DNA of 64,000 nt. It comes from Harriotta raleighana. Lineage: Eukaryota. The notes beneath the pieces were generated by a model. That model was not told the origin of the DNA. It did not search any database and was given only the letters and a program-made list of their open reading frames with translations. The first letter of the stretch is position 1, and each line of letters starts with the position of its first letter. Made by a program: the position numbers and the translations under genes. Of the stretch, positions 12,701-27,700 are shown piece by piece. The DNA lies in contig JBNZDD010013678.1 of NCBI GenBank assembly GCA_050575255.1, positions 4,498,753-4,562,752 of the forward strand, written 5' to 3'.

Positions 12701-15700
12701 CCTTGAGCACCTTGAACCAGCGGAGACTCCTTTTCTCTCGTTTTTCCAAGAAATAACCACTTATTTCATTGCCACCGTCAATGGTAGGTCTCGTCCAGGT
12801 GATAGTCATTGTCTGTTTAGTTATCATTGTGGCTTCGGGCATGCTGGCTTGTCCAGGTGTAACTATTTAAACGAGAATCTCAGCGTTACGTTTGGTGGAT
12901 AAACAATGTATAGCAATTACAGAGATGCAACTATATGTATGCAATAACGACACAAGTATCTTATCGTCTTACCAAATGCATTCTTAGCAATAACAGCATC
13001 AGTTTCCAGTGGTTCACCAATACCATATTTGTTCACAGCCCTGACACGGAATATATATTCGTTGCCTTTGATGAGTTTCTGCATGGAAATCACACAGATT
13101 TCCAACTTGTCTGATATGAGTGACCAAGCGACACGGCTTGTCTCACGTTTTTCAACGATATAATGGCTGATAGGAGCTCCACCGTCATCTGGAGGAGGGC
13201 TCCACATGATAGTGATTTTCTCGGCTGTGACAGTCTTGAATTCAATCGGACCTCCAGGAGGACCAGGCTTGTCTATGAGAAGAAAACAAATCGTTTACCA
13301 ATGATCAACAGTTAGACAATGTGCGTATTTCTTCCTTAATGCTGAATATGCAATACAATAACATTTGTACAGCGCCTTTCACATCAGGAGGATGACCCAA
13401 GGCGAATTATGAATACATACCTAATATTAGCACTCTAATTGTTGCTGTTGCTGATCCCATGGGATTTTTAAGTTTAAGTTCATAGTTTCCACTGTTGAAA
13501 CGAGTGGCATCCTTAATTAATACTCCTGCTGATTCAGTTGTGTTTTCAATAGAGACTTGAGCACTAGTCTCAAGTTCTTTTTCATTCTTGTACCATTCAA
13601 TGGATGGGAAAGGCTTGCCAGAGATACCAACTTTAAGCTTCACAGCAGAATCAGCTTTATATTTGACAATGTCCAAATATTCCATCGGTAGATCAATCTG
13701 AGGAGCACCTATAAAACAAAATCACCAGGAGTTACGTAGCTGTAAGCCTTAACCACCTAGAGATAACTCTTTAGAATTCCATTATGTTGGAAGAAAAATA
13801 ATTACCATAGGTGTCATGGCATGTTATAGGTCCAAGAACATCAGATGGATTGCTTACAGAACCATTTGCGTTCTTCGCAAATACCCGGAATTCATATTGT
13901 GCATCTTCAGTCAGACCCGAGACAGTGAATAGAGTCTCAATAACATTAGTAAAGCTGCCCTTTGTCCATCGTCCACTTGGCAGATCCCGCTTTTCAACAA
14001 TGTAGCCGGTGATCTTGCTACCACCATCATAAGCAGGTTTTTTCCAGCTGAGGCTTACGGCGTTCTTTGTAATATCTGTTGCACGTACATTTGTTGGGGG
14101 TTCTGAAAAAGAAAAGTACGTTGAGATTTTGTTTATATGTTCACATCTCAAAACGTTAATGCGATGTAAACACTGATGTGATCAGGTGAGAAAACATGAA
14201 GGGTTATTTGAACACCTACCACAAGCATCAATTGCAAGGACTGGATCGGAAAGATGGCTAACTTTGCCAATGCCTGCAGCGTTTTGTGCGTATACCCGGA
14301 ATTCGTAGATAAGTCCACCAGTGATATGAGTGATCTTCATGTGTGTCGTACGGATAATAGTCTTGTTAGTCTTCTGCCATAGAATGCTGTTTCTGTCTTT
14401 CATTTCCAAATGATATCCAATCACTTGGTTGCCACCATCGGAGACCGGCTCGTGCCAGCCCACTGATATGCTCTCTCTGGTGACGTGAGTTACCCATGGA
14501 GTCGATGGAGGTCCAGGTGTAGCTAGAAAATATAGGTTAAGATATAATTAGCAGTGCAATCAATCAAGTGAGCAAAATCCATGTTGTTTTCTGCTTTGTG
14601 AAGGAATAAGCAACTTACTGTAAGGCAGTTTGACCGTGACCGATGCAGAATCAATGTGGTCACTGATTCCAAAGCGATTCTCGGCTTTGATGCGGAATTG
14701 ATATTCTTCTCCAGTGGTCAGTTTCATGATTTTGATTACACTTCTGGCAGCAGTTGCGGACACTTCTGACCAGGCTGCCGTGCTGGTCTCTCGCTTGAGA
14801 ACAATGTAATTGGTTACCTGACTGCCACCGTCATAGGCTGGCGGTTGCCATTTCAATACGACGCTATCTTCAGTGACGTCACTGATATTAACAGGGCCCA
14901 ATGGGGGGCTGGGTCTGTCGAGGACCACAATATTGATAAATGATTTAGTCGTTCCACTGGAGTTGGAAGCAGTAATGTCATATCGGCCGGCATCATGCGC
15001 CACACTTTCCTTCAGGTTCACAATGATGCTCTCTGCACTCATCTCCGTGTTAAATCTCATGGTTGACTTCACAACCAATCCGTCTCTTGACAAAGATACT
15101 TTGGGCTGTGGTTTACCAGATATTGGGATTTCGAACTTAAGATTGGATCCAGCTCTGACATATACCGTGTTGTGCGGGAAGTACTTCAGATCAATCTCAG
15201 GTGAATCTGAAAATAAAAAAAGATATATTTTAGTTTAAAAGGTAAAAACTGAGCTATTTTGTACCACATCCAATTTTGAAGGTACCTGACACACCCTAGC
15301 CACTTATAACATTGGATTCCAACAGCATGTTGTCTTAAAGCTGCTTTGTTTAAAATTTCATGTATAAATTACAGTCGTGAATACTAGAAAATGGCAAGCG
15401 ATACAGTTTTAGCTGGTTAGACACCAGAGTTACCCCTAAAACACACACTCTAGGGTTCCCCAAGCATTTCCTTTTGCAAACCTGAACCTGATACTTTCTG
15501 GAATTAGATAAACAGGATGTGTCCCTCCAGGGAGAGAGTGTATGTTCTATTCCAACAATCTATCACTGAGATTTCCATGTGTAGGTGCAATGCATGGAAT
15601 TTTCAGTTTGTTTTGGATACTCTCAAGCATGGTGATGGGTTTTTGTATGTGTCAGACATCCAACAAAAAAAACTACCAAATATCATAATTAATGATATCA

Positions 15701-18700
15701 ATGTAACTCACCAAGCTGTTCTTTCACAGTTACTGGTAGAAGCATTTCCTTAGGATCACTGAGGCCGGCTTGATTTTGAGCAGATACTCTGAAGAAGTAC
15801 TCCCCCTTCTCTCTCAAACCTTCAATAACATGGTACGTGGTTTTCACCACTGCACACTTGACCCACTTTTGCTGGCCTTTTTCAAGAGCCTCAATAAAGT
15901 AGCTGGTTATCCTACTGCCTCCATCGTGTTCTGGCTTCGACCAAGCGAGAGTCACACTACTCTTGGTGACGTTCGTAATGCCAAGTCGTTGAGGTACACT
16001 TGGTTTTTCTGAAAGATATAACGTACATAGTATTTATAGGTATTCATCTACCAGAAAATATACTCTGAATTTAAAATTGTGGATACGTACTTTAATTAAA
16101 ATAAAATAAATACAGTATTTATAATATAAGTGTTTAAACTAACAATCATTTTAAAATCTATTTCTTTGATCTCTCCATCCCAGGCTAAATTTCCAGACTG
16201 AGAGAACAAGTAATGAAACCTGCTCACTGGTACTTATAATAATATAGTCCATCAATCAGGTCCTGAGAATGTTTATTTTCTTAATCTTATGTGAAACTTA
16301 AGTTTCTTTAACATCTCATTTCAAATCACCATCGTTGCCAGTGCTCAATTTCTTTAACACCTCCTGAACACCTTGTATCCTTATCACTGGTTTCACGATG
16401 TTTTGATGTCCTGTGTATTACAGTTTTTCAACAATAAGAGCCATATTTCACTTAATTTCCTTGTCGATGTTGACTAGCTTTAGATGTTTAGATGCTACAG
16501 TGCAAAAAATAAGAGGTGCTAAAAATCATCTAACTTTGTTGTGCTAGATTTTCAGTGAAGCTTGTGGGCAAAATGCGTTGTTTTGCGCACAGCAGTGTCC
16601 CACCAACAACAACAATAAAATTATATTTATATAGTAGCGCCTTTCAGGTTGGGAGGCCGTCCCAATCGTGGACCGACATCCTGGTACACCAATGTGTACT
16701 GTTATACCTCTGAAATATTCGACAAAAGAAAACTGATAACATACCTGTCACTTTAACACCTTCTTTGGTCTCAATCGGAACACCGACACCAAATTCATTT
16801 TCTCCCCTGATGCGGAAGTAGTAAATGGCACCCTCTTGTAGATCAGTAACTTTGTAAGTGAGGCGATGGCAATTGTTTGTCACGCAGACCCAAGCCTTCT
16901 TACTAGCTTCACGTTTTTCAATGTGATAATTTTTCACACGAGCACTGCCTTCATTTTCCGGTACATCCCAGGCCAGCAGGACTGAATCCTTAGTTACTTC
17001 CTTTGGAATAATAGCACCAGGAGGTCCGGGCGAGTCCAGAACCTTAACAACTAGTGTCAGTGTGGCCGTAGCTAGCACATTCTGTAATGTTACTACATAT
17101 TTACCAGAGTCGTTCCTTGTTGCTTTTTCTATAGTTAATGATGTCATTAAATCTTTACTATCAATAATTCCTCGTACACGGAGATCTATATTGGATTTGC
17201 TCCACATGACATTTGGTATTGGTTTACCTTTGAACGGAACTGCTAATGTAAAGGAGCTGCCAGCTTTGACAATCAAGGTTTTGCGCATTTCATTGTCAAT
17301 ATCAAAAGCAGGCTCTTCTTCCCTTTCTTTTGCAACTTGTGGCTCGGATACCTCACTTGGATCACTGACACCAACCTTATTGATGGAAGATAAACGGAAA
17401 ACATATTCTGCTCCTGATGTGAGTCCAATTACTGTAAATTCTGTGCCTCTCAGGTTCTGGATGGCTGTAGACCATCCGGTTTCTTCAGATGTTTTATACT
17501 GTACAGTGTATCCGGTGACAGGCGAACCACCATCAAATAGGGGCTTTGTCCAAGCAAGTGAAATACTTGTTTTTGTAAAGTCAACAACTTTGGGTTTGGA
17601 TGGAGCAGCAGGTATAAAGATTGGATCTTCTGCACGCATAAACATTGATGCTTCGCTTGCAGGACCCACACCACCAGCATTTTCCGCAGACACGCGATAT
17701 TCATATTCAGCATTTTCACGAAGTCCTGATGCCTTCACTCTCAGATCGTACACGGGTTTCTTATTGACCCGCAACCAGCGGAGCCCATTCTTCTCACGTT
17801 TCTCAATGATGTAGCCAGCAATTTCATTGCCGCCATCAGTATCGGGTCTTGACCAGCAGATAGTCATGGTATCCTTTGTGACGTTGGTAATTTCCAATGA
17901 TTTTGGTGCACTAGGAATTGTGAATGGATCAAGCGCTTTCCTTGGATCACTCTCTAAAACCTCACCGATTCCGTACTTATTAACTCCCATCACTCTGAAA
18001 ACATATTCATTTCCTCGGAGCAGTTTAGTTACTCTACAGGAGGTTGTTCTCAACTCATCTGTTACCATGGTCCAGGCAAGGCGACTTGTTTCACGCCTTT
18101 CCACAATGTAATAATCAATATCTGCTCCTCCATTCTCTTGAGGAGGTGCCCAGGACAGCGAACACTTTTCAGCTGTGAGACCAGAGATTTCTAAAGGTCC
18201 AGCAGATGGGCCTGGTCGATCTAGTACCTTGAGGTTCATCGCTAGGGATCTTGTTCCAGCAACGTTTTGCAGTGTTAACACATACTGTCCTGAGTCTCGC
18301 CTAATGCAGTCCTTCACCACAATTGTAGTGCTCTTGTCAGTTGATTGGATTTCAGTCCTTGCTTGTCCTTCAAGCTCTTTACCATCCTTTGTCCACGATA
18401 CCACTGGAAGAGGTCGCCCTGCAATATCTGCATTGATCTTAATCATATCTCCAGCCTTAATAACAATTTCCCTAAATTTAGCATCCATCATAATCCTGGG
18501 GGCTTCCACATCATCTTTCACAGTAATGGGACCTGTTGATTCGGATGCTTCGCTGAATAAACCTACAGAATTCCTTGCAATAACATGAAACTCGTAACGT
18601 TGATCTTCAGTCAGACCAGTAACATCAAAATACGTTTCTGGGATGTTAGTAAAGTTGCATTTCAACCAGCGGCCATCTGGCAACTCTCTGTTTTCCACAA

Positions 18701-21700
18701 TATAACCAGTGATTTTAGCACCACCATCATATTCTGGTTTAGTCCAAGACAATGAAACTGAGGTCCTGGTAATATTTGTTACTTCTGGTTGACCTGGAGG
18801 ATCGCATGGGTCTCTTGCTGCAACTGGCTCGCAAACCTTACTGCATTTGCCAATACCTGCAATGTTCTGGGCATACACACGGTATTCATACATCAGCCCT
18901 TCGTCAACAGGGGAGTCTTTAATCTTCGTGTCGGTCACAAGACTTCTGTTCACCTTTGTCCACAAGATACTGCTTCTTTCTTTGCGTTCAATATGGTACC
19001 CAAGAATCCTGGAGCCTCCGTCAATGACTGGCTCGTTCCACTTCACAATCATGTAATTTTTAGTGGCATGTGCGACAATAGGAGTTGAAGGAGGACCGGG
19101 TGGTTTAAATGGATACTGGGCAACAATACTGTGAGAATCCGTACTGTGGCTCTTGCCATAACGGTTTTCTGCAAAGACACGGAACTGGTATTCACTCCCT
19201 GATGTAAGGCGTGTAATTTTTATAGATGTTCTGGCAACAGTAGCGGATACAGTTTCCCAAGTTGTTGTTGTTGTGTCTCTCTTTTCCACAATGTAATTGT
19301 TAATTTGGCAACCGCCATCGTACTTTGGTGGCTCCCAAGATATGGTGATATTATCAGCACTGACCTCGTCCACTCGAATTGTGTCAGGTGGCCCCGGTTT
19401 GTCGAGAACAACAATATTGATTAGGGAGGTTGTTGACCCTGTGCTATTGGAGACAATTAGCTCATATTTTCCAACGTCTTCCTTCGATGATTCCTTAATG
19501 GTCATAATTGTAGTTATCTTTGATGTCTGAACATTCACTCGTGTGGTTTGTTTCAAAGCCTGTCCGTCTTTATTCCATGTCACAGTGGGCAACGGTCTTC
19601 CTCTGAATGGTACCTCAATCTTGAGGTCATTACCAGCCTTCACACTGAAACTATTAAACATGAGTTCAATGGATGGTTCAATTTCAATATCTTTTGCAAT
19701 GACTGGGACTCCCAACTGTCTCGGATCACTCTTTCCTTTCTCATTCACAGCAATAACTCTGAAAGTATATTCCTCGCCCGATGTTAGACCTTTAACAGTT
19801 GTCTCTAGTACTTTTTCTTGAGTGCACAATGTCCATTTTTCACTTCCTTTAGTTTGCATTTCAATGATATAGCTAGATATTTTACTGCCACCATCGTGGT
19901 CAGGTTTCTCCCAGGTAAGAGTTGCAGTCTTTCGTGTCACATCTACCAATGTTACTTTGCCAGGAGGCAAAGGCACCTCAGATGCTTTAATGGGCTCGGC
20001 AGTATCTGCTGATAGGCCTGTTCCATACTCGTTGACTGCCAAGACACGGAAACAATAAATACCTCCTTCTTGAAGTGATTCAACTCTGAATGTTGTTTTA
20101 GTACAGTTGTTGGTAACTGAAGCAAAAGCCTTTCTGGTAGATTCACGTTTCTCCACAACATAATTGGTAATCTTTGCTCCACCATCAATAAGAGGGGCTT
20201 CCCATGCCAATGTCACCCAATCTTTCTTTATCTCTCTTATATGGAGATTCACAGGTGCACTTGGTGAATCAAGCACTCTGACGTTAACAAAAGCAGATTT
20301 AGTACCACTGTTATTTTCCAAAGTTAATTGATATTTACCACTGTGAAACCTGTTGACATTATCAAGAACCAACATGGTATAAGAGCTTGTAACTTCAATC
20401 TGGGTTCGTTCACTGAGATTTCCTTCAGCTTTCTCCCATTTTGCTTCAGGTTCTGGTCTTCCTTTAATGGGAACAAATAGCCTCAAAGTACCACCAGCAC
20501 GTACAGACACGACCTTCCGGAGGTCAGCATCCAGCTCAATTTCTGGTGGCTCCAATTTCTCAGCTGCAATAATTGCATCAGCAACATTTGCTGGTTCACC
20601 GACTCCTCCAGAGTTAATGGCACACACACGGAAGTTGTATTCGGCATTCTCTTTCAATTTCTCCACCTTAAAGTGGGTAGACTGCATCCCCATTGGAGGT
20701 GTGCAAGTGGTCCAGTCTTCAGCACTAGCTTCTTTCATCTCTACAGAATACCCTCTAATTTGAGCCCCACCATCATAGATGGGTTTGCCCCACGCAAGCG
20801 ATACTGTTGACTTTGTCGTGTCTGTCACCTTTGGATTGCTTGGTGGACCAGGAGGATAAATGGCATCACAGGCTTTGTAGAAAACACTTGGCTCACTCAG
20901 GTCACCTACACCAGCAGCGTTTTCTGCAGATACGCGGAATTCATAGAAATGTCCGTCAACCAGACCAGTCACTCTGAAACGTAAATCAGTTAACCTCTTT
21001 TTATTGCACTTGGTCCACTTGATTCCATCCTTATCCCGTTTTTCCAGTATATATCCTTCAAGCTCAGCTCCACCGTTGTCAGTAGGACGCCCCCAGGTTA
21101 CAACCATTGAGTCCTTAGAGATAGATGTAACTTCGGGTGTTGTTGGTGGACCTGGGCTGTGGAATGCATTTTTGGCCACAACCGCTTCAGATTCCAGTGA
21201 CTCACCAATGCCATACTTATTCACAGCCATTACACGGAATATGTACTCATTGCCTGGAAGAAGTTTGGTTACTTTGTGACTGATGGCTTGCACGTTAGTC
21301 TCCACTTGCGTCCAGGAGAGTCTGCTGGTTTCTCTCTTTTCAATGATGTAGTGAGAAATACTTGCACCGCCTTCCTGGGAAGGTGGATTCCAGGCCAAGT
21401 AGCATTTTTCTGCTGTAACACCATAGACCTTCAGAATGCCATCTGGAGGACCAGGCCTATCGAGGATCTTAACAGTTATGGGGATAGATTTTGTACCGCC
21501 TACATTGCTGAGATGAAGTGTGTACTGCCCTCCATCAATTCTTATACAATCTTTGACTATGAGAGAAGTTTTGTGAAGGGTTGATTTAATCTCCATTCTG
21601 GCAATATTTCCTTCCAGATCTTTGCCATCTTTTATCCATTTTATTTCAGGTATGGGTTTACCATAGATATCAGCTTCCAGTGCAAAGCTGTCGCCTGCAT

Positions 21701-24700
21701 TAGCAACAATAACATCCTTGTACTTGGGGTCCAAGGAAGCTCTAGGGGCTTCGATCTCATCTCTTGCTGTAATTGGTCCAGTGCTTTCAGAGGGTTCACT
21801 GAAAATACCAGCTGCGTTTCTTGCAAGTATTCTAAATTCATATCTTGAGTCTTCAGTTAATCCAGTCACGTTAAATTCAGTGTCAATTATGTTGGTGAAA
21901 CTGGCCTTCATCCAGCGACCTTCAGGAAGCTCTTTCTTTTCCACAAAATATCCAGTGATCTTACTACCACCATCGTACGGAGGCTTTGTCCATTGGAGAA
22001 CAATGTTATTTCTGGTGATGACAACAGCTTCAGGTCGGCCAGGAGGATCACAAGGATCGCGGGCTACGTAACATTCGGACACCTTGCTAGATTTACTGAT
22101 GCCAACGATATTCTCTGCAAAGACTTTGAACTCATATTCAATACCTTCCTCCAGATTGCTACACTTGAAATTAGTATCTTGGATGATCGTCTTGTTCAAT
22201 TTTACCCAAAGAATACTGTTCCTTTCTTTACGTTCAATGTGGTAACCCAAAATATTACTTCCACCGTCGTTTACCGGTTCATTCCACTGGATATGCATGG
22301 TGTCTTTTGTCACACCTGATACAAGTGGCGTAGATGGAGGGCCAGGGAGCTTGTATGGATATTGTGCAACAACTGCTGTCGAATCTAAAGACAAGCTCTT
22401 GCCATACCTGTTTTCGGCAACGATTCTGAACTGGTATTCATTTCCTGTGGTCAGTTTCATCACTTTGATGGTTGTTCTAGCTACACTTGCAGAGACCAAC
22501 TGCCAAGCAGTGGTCGTTGTATTCCGCTTCTCCACAATGTAGTTGTTAATTTGGCAACCTCCGGTGTATTCAGGAGCATCCCATGAAAGTACAACAAACT
22601 GAGCACTAACTTCATCAAATCGCACTGGCCCGCTTGGAGGACCTGGTTTATCAAGCACTATAATGCTAATGTCTTCTGTGGCTGACCCAGCACCGTTTGT
22701 AGCACTAACTGAATATTTTCCAAAGTCATCCTTATGACTGTCTTTAATCGTAAGGATTGTTGAGGTTGCAGTTTCCTCCACATTTACCCTTGTCGTTTGT
22801 TTCAATGTCTGTCCATCCTTTGTCCAAATAATCTTAGGTTTTGGACGTCCCATCACTGGAACTTCAATCTTCAGGTCTTCTGTAGCTTTGACACTATAAG
22901 TGTTGAATACGAGTTTGAAACTAGGCTCAATATTTTGATCTTTAGCTATCACTGGCACTGCCAGGAGTCTCGGGTCACTCTTTCCTTTCTCATTGAAAGC
23001 TAATATACGGAAGAGATATTCATTCCCTGAACTGAGACCAGCAACAACTGCCTCGCACATTTTACACTGGGTCACAACACCCCATTTGTCAGATCCTTTT
23101 GGTTGCATTTCGACCAAGTAGCCCAAAATTCTGCTGCCACCATCATGTTCTGGTTTCTCCCAAGATAGGGAGACACTCTGCTTAGTGACGTCAGTGAGAG
23201 TAACTTTACCTGGTGCTAAAGGTACCTCGGAAGCCTTCACCGACTCCAGAGTCTCAACAGGTACACCAACTCCAAATTCATTTTCCGCCATGACTCTGAA
23301 GTAATAGATCGCTCCTTCAGTAAGATTCTCAACTTTGAAGCTGCACTTGCTACATTTAGTGGTCACGTTAGCATAAGCTTTTCTGGTTGATTCTCGCTTA
23401 TCAATAACATAGTTTTTAACCTTTGCACCTCCATCAATAATGGGTGGATCCCATGAGAGTGTGGCCGAGTTTCTCTTTACGTCTTTCACAATTAGATTTT
23501 GTGGAGCTCCTGGTGTGTCCAACACCTTGACTGAAACAAATGCAGATTTGATTCCACTACTATTTTCTAGAGTCAAAATATATTTTCCAGCATCATTTCG
23601 ATCACAGTTATCTATCGTGACCTGCGTGTAATTGTGTCCCTTTTCTACTTGTCCTTTTTCACTTATTTCACCTTCGTCCTTTGACCAACTAATCTCAGGG
23701 GCAGGTCTGCCTTTGAACGCTATAAAGATCCTAGCAGTATTACCTGATCTAACTGTAATCCCTTTCCTTAATTCTCCGTGAAGTTCAATTTCAGGTGCCT
23801 CAAGTTTATCTTCTGGTTTAATTGTGCCAGGTACTGTTGCTGGCTCACCTACACCTGCCTTGTTGATGGCACATACACGAGCATTATATTCCTGTCCTTC
23901 AATGAGTTTTCCGATTTCAAAGCGGGTTACTCGTAAACCGGTCTGTGGAGTGCACATGGTCCAGTCTTCCTCGTCTGCTTTGCGGATCTCTACTAAGTAT
24001 CCCTGAATTTCACTCCCACCGTCGTAAATTGGTTTGCCCCAGACAAGCACAACAGAATTCTTTGTGGAGTCTACAAGGTGTGGATTAGCTGGTGGCCCAG
24101 GTTTGAACACTGGATCAGAAGCCTTATAGAAAACTGAGGCCTGAGATGGTTGGCCAATTCCAGCGGTGTTTTCAGCAGACAATCTGAATTCATATTCATG
24201 GTCTTCCATGAGTCCCGTGACTCGGAAGCGTAAGTCTGTAATTCTACGCTTGTTACACTTTGTCCATCTGATTCCAGCTCTGTCCCTCTTCTCCACAATG
24301 TAACCTATGATTTCACTACCTCCATCGCTGTCTGGTCTGGTCCAGCATACAGTCATGGAGTCTTTGGCAATGTTGGTTACCTCCAATGATTTGGGTGGAC
24401 TAGGAGGTACATATGGGTTCTTCATCATAACGGGTGCAGACTCCAAAGACTCACCGATCCCATATTTGTTGACGGCAATGACACGGAAGATGTATTCATT
24501 GCCCTCCAAAAGCTTGGTAACTTTATGCATAGTAGTTTGAATTTCTGAAATCACAACAGTCCAGGCCAAACGACTGGTTTCTCTTTTCTCAATGATATAG
24601 TGTGAAATGTTACTTCCACCATCGTGCTGTGGTGGACTCCAAGCAAGAGAGCACTTTTCAGCAGTGACGCCGGTAACTTGGATTGGTCCCTCTGGAGGTC

Positions 24701-27700
24701 CAGGTCTGTCCAAGACCTTTACGTTTATCGGAACAGATTTAGTCCCTCCCACGTTAGAGACTTGAAGAATGTATTGTCCGCCATCCACTCTGATTGCATC
24801 CTTTACAACAATCAGAGCTTTGAAGTCACTGTTTTTGATCTCATGTCTTGCTGATTCTTCCACTTCTTTGTCACCCTTGAACCACTGAATAACAGGTAAT
24901 GGCTTGCCATGAACATCAGCATCCAGCTTAAATGTATCACCTGCATTAACCACAATTGTGTCTCTGTATTTGGGGTCCATAGATATTCTAGGTGGGTCAA
25001 CCTCATCCTTTGCTGTAATTGGTCCAGTGCTATCAGATGGTTTACTAATTGTACCTGCAGCATTTTTAGCAATGACTCTGAAGTCATACCTGTTGTCTTC
25101 AGTGAGACTAGTAGCAGTGAATTGAGTTTCAATGATATTTGTGAAACTGGCCTTCATCCAGCGACCCTCAGGTAGGTCACGCTTCTCAACAATGTAACCA
25201 GTAATTATGCTGCCACCATCATATTCTGGCTTTGTCCACTGAAGTGTAATTGCACTTCTGGTAACAATAAGAGGTTCTGGGCAACCTGGTGGATCACATG
25301 GATCACGGGCAACATAGCACTCAGAGATCTTGCTTGATTTGCCAATCCCAACGATGTTTTCAGCATATACTCTGAATTCATATTCAATTCCTTCTTCGAG
25401 TCCAACGATCTTAAACCTTGTATCTTGTATGATGCTTTTGTTGACTTTGGACCAAAGAATACTATTTCTTTCCTTGCGTTCAAGATGATAGCCTACAACT
25501 CTGCTACCCCCATCGTTGATTGGTTCATGCCATTCCACAATCATGGTATCTTTAGTAACACTTGGAACAAATGGTGTACCTGGTGGGCCGGGCTCTTTGT
25601 ATGGATATTGGGCAATAATTGCCTGAGAATCTAAAGCAAAACTTCTACCGTACCTGTTCTCGGCATATACTCTAAACTGATATTCTTTTCCCGTTTTTAG
25701 TTTGGTTATCTTGAGAGTTGTTCTAGCCACTGTAGCTGAAACAAGCTCCCAGTTTGTCGTAGTCGTATCTCTCTTCTCAACAATGTAATTGGTTATTTGA
25801 CAGCCTCCGGTAAAGGCTGGTGGTTCCCAAGTAATTGTGATGCTTTCAGCACTAACGGCATCAAACTTAACAGGGCCACTGGGTGGACCAGGCTTGTCTA
25901 GGGTTATGATTTCTAAAGATGCCGTCTTTTGGCCAACAATGTTGCTCACAGAAATGGCATATATTCCGCTATCTTCTTTAACTGAATCCTTGATGGTTAG
26001 CACTGTATGATGAGTGGTGTCAGTAACATTGATTCTGGTTGTTTGCTTGAGTGACTGACCATCCTTTGTCCAAATAATCATTGGTTTAGGTCGTCCAGCG
26101 ATAGGGATTTCAACTTTCAAGTCCTGTCCAACTTGTACATTATAGCTGTTAAATACAGGCTTGACATCTGGTTCAATCACTAGATCTTTGGCAACCACAG
26201 GCACTGCTAGGGTTCTTGGGTCACTCTTGCCCTTCTCATTGACTGCCATAATTCTGAACAAGTAATGTTCTCCCTGTACCAGATTCGAAATGACTGTTTC
26301 AAGGGTTTTTACAAATGCACACGATGCCCACTTTTCACTGCCTTTACTTTGCATTTCTACAACGTACTGGATAATTCTACTTCCGCCATCATGTTCAGGT
26401 TTCTCCCAACTCAAAGACACAGAATTTCTTGTTACATCAACCACTGTTATTTTTCCTGGAGGCTGTGGCACTTCAGATATTTTAACAGGATCAATGGTTT
26501 CTGCGGTTAACCCAATCCCGTGCTCATTCTCGGCACAGACTCTGAAATAGTAACTGGAAGCTTCCTGGAGTTGTTCTATTTTAAAGGAAGTCTTGTGGCA
26601 GTTGGTGACAACGGCAGAGTAGGCTTTCCTTGTGGATTCACGTTTTTCCACGATATAATTCTTAATCTTTGCCCCACCATCCATTAAAGGCGGGTCCCAG
26701 GATAACGTTATGTTTTCCTTTGTTATCTCCTTAATCTTCAAATTAACTGGTGGACTTGGCGTGTCGAGCACTCTCACACTAACAAAGGCGGATTTTGATC
26801 CACTGCTGTTTTCCAAGGTTAACATGTATTTTCCGGTGTCATATCTGTTAACGTTGTCAATTATAAGCATTGTGTAACTGTCAGATACTTCAATTTGTGC
26901 GGTGTCTCTGATTTCACCTTCCGACTTAGTCCATTTCACTTCTGGAGCAGGACATCCTCTGATAGGAACAAACAATCTTAAAGAACAACTGGCTCTTACA
27001 TTAATGATCTTCCTCAATTCAGCACCGAGATCTACCTCCGGAGCTTCTAATTTATCTTCCACAAGGATAGGGTCGGCAATAGCAGTGGGTTCACCAACTC
27101 CAGCTTTATTAACAGCACAAACACGGAATTTGTATTCATGCTTTTCCACCAATTTATCCACTTGAAATTGAGTCTGTTTAATGCCGCTTGCTGCTGTGCA
27201 CATTATCCATTCATCAGTGCTGATGTCGCACATCTCTACGATGTATCCTTGGATTTCACATCCGCCATCATAAATGGGTTTGCTCCATGAAAGAGAAACA
27301 AAAGATCTTGTAACGTTAGTGACTTTAGGATTGTTGGGTGGGCCAGGTTTGTAGATCGGATCAGCAGCCTTGTAGAAAGGAGAGGACGCACTTGGGACAC
27401 TAATGCCAGCAGCATTCTCAGCAGATACTCTAAACTCATAATCATGGTATTCCATTAGTCCGATCACCCTGAATCGGAGTTCAGTGATGACTCGCTTATT
27501 ACACCTTGTCCATCTTATTCCTGCTTTGTCACGCTTCTCTAAAATATATCCATGAATTTCACTACCACCATCGGATGCAGGTCTTCCCCATACAACGATC
27601 ATCGAGTCTTTTGTAATGGCTGTAACCTCAGGTGTCTTGGGTGCATCAGGGGGCACAAATGGATTCTTTGCTATTACTGATTCAGATTCCAGCGGCTCAC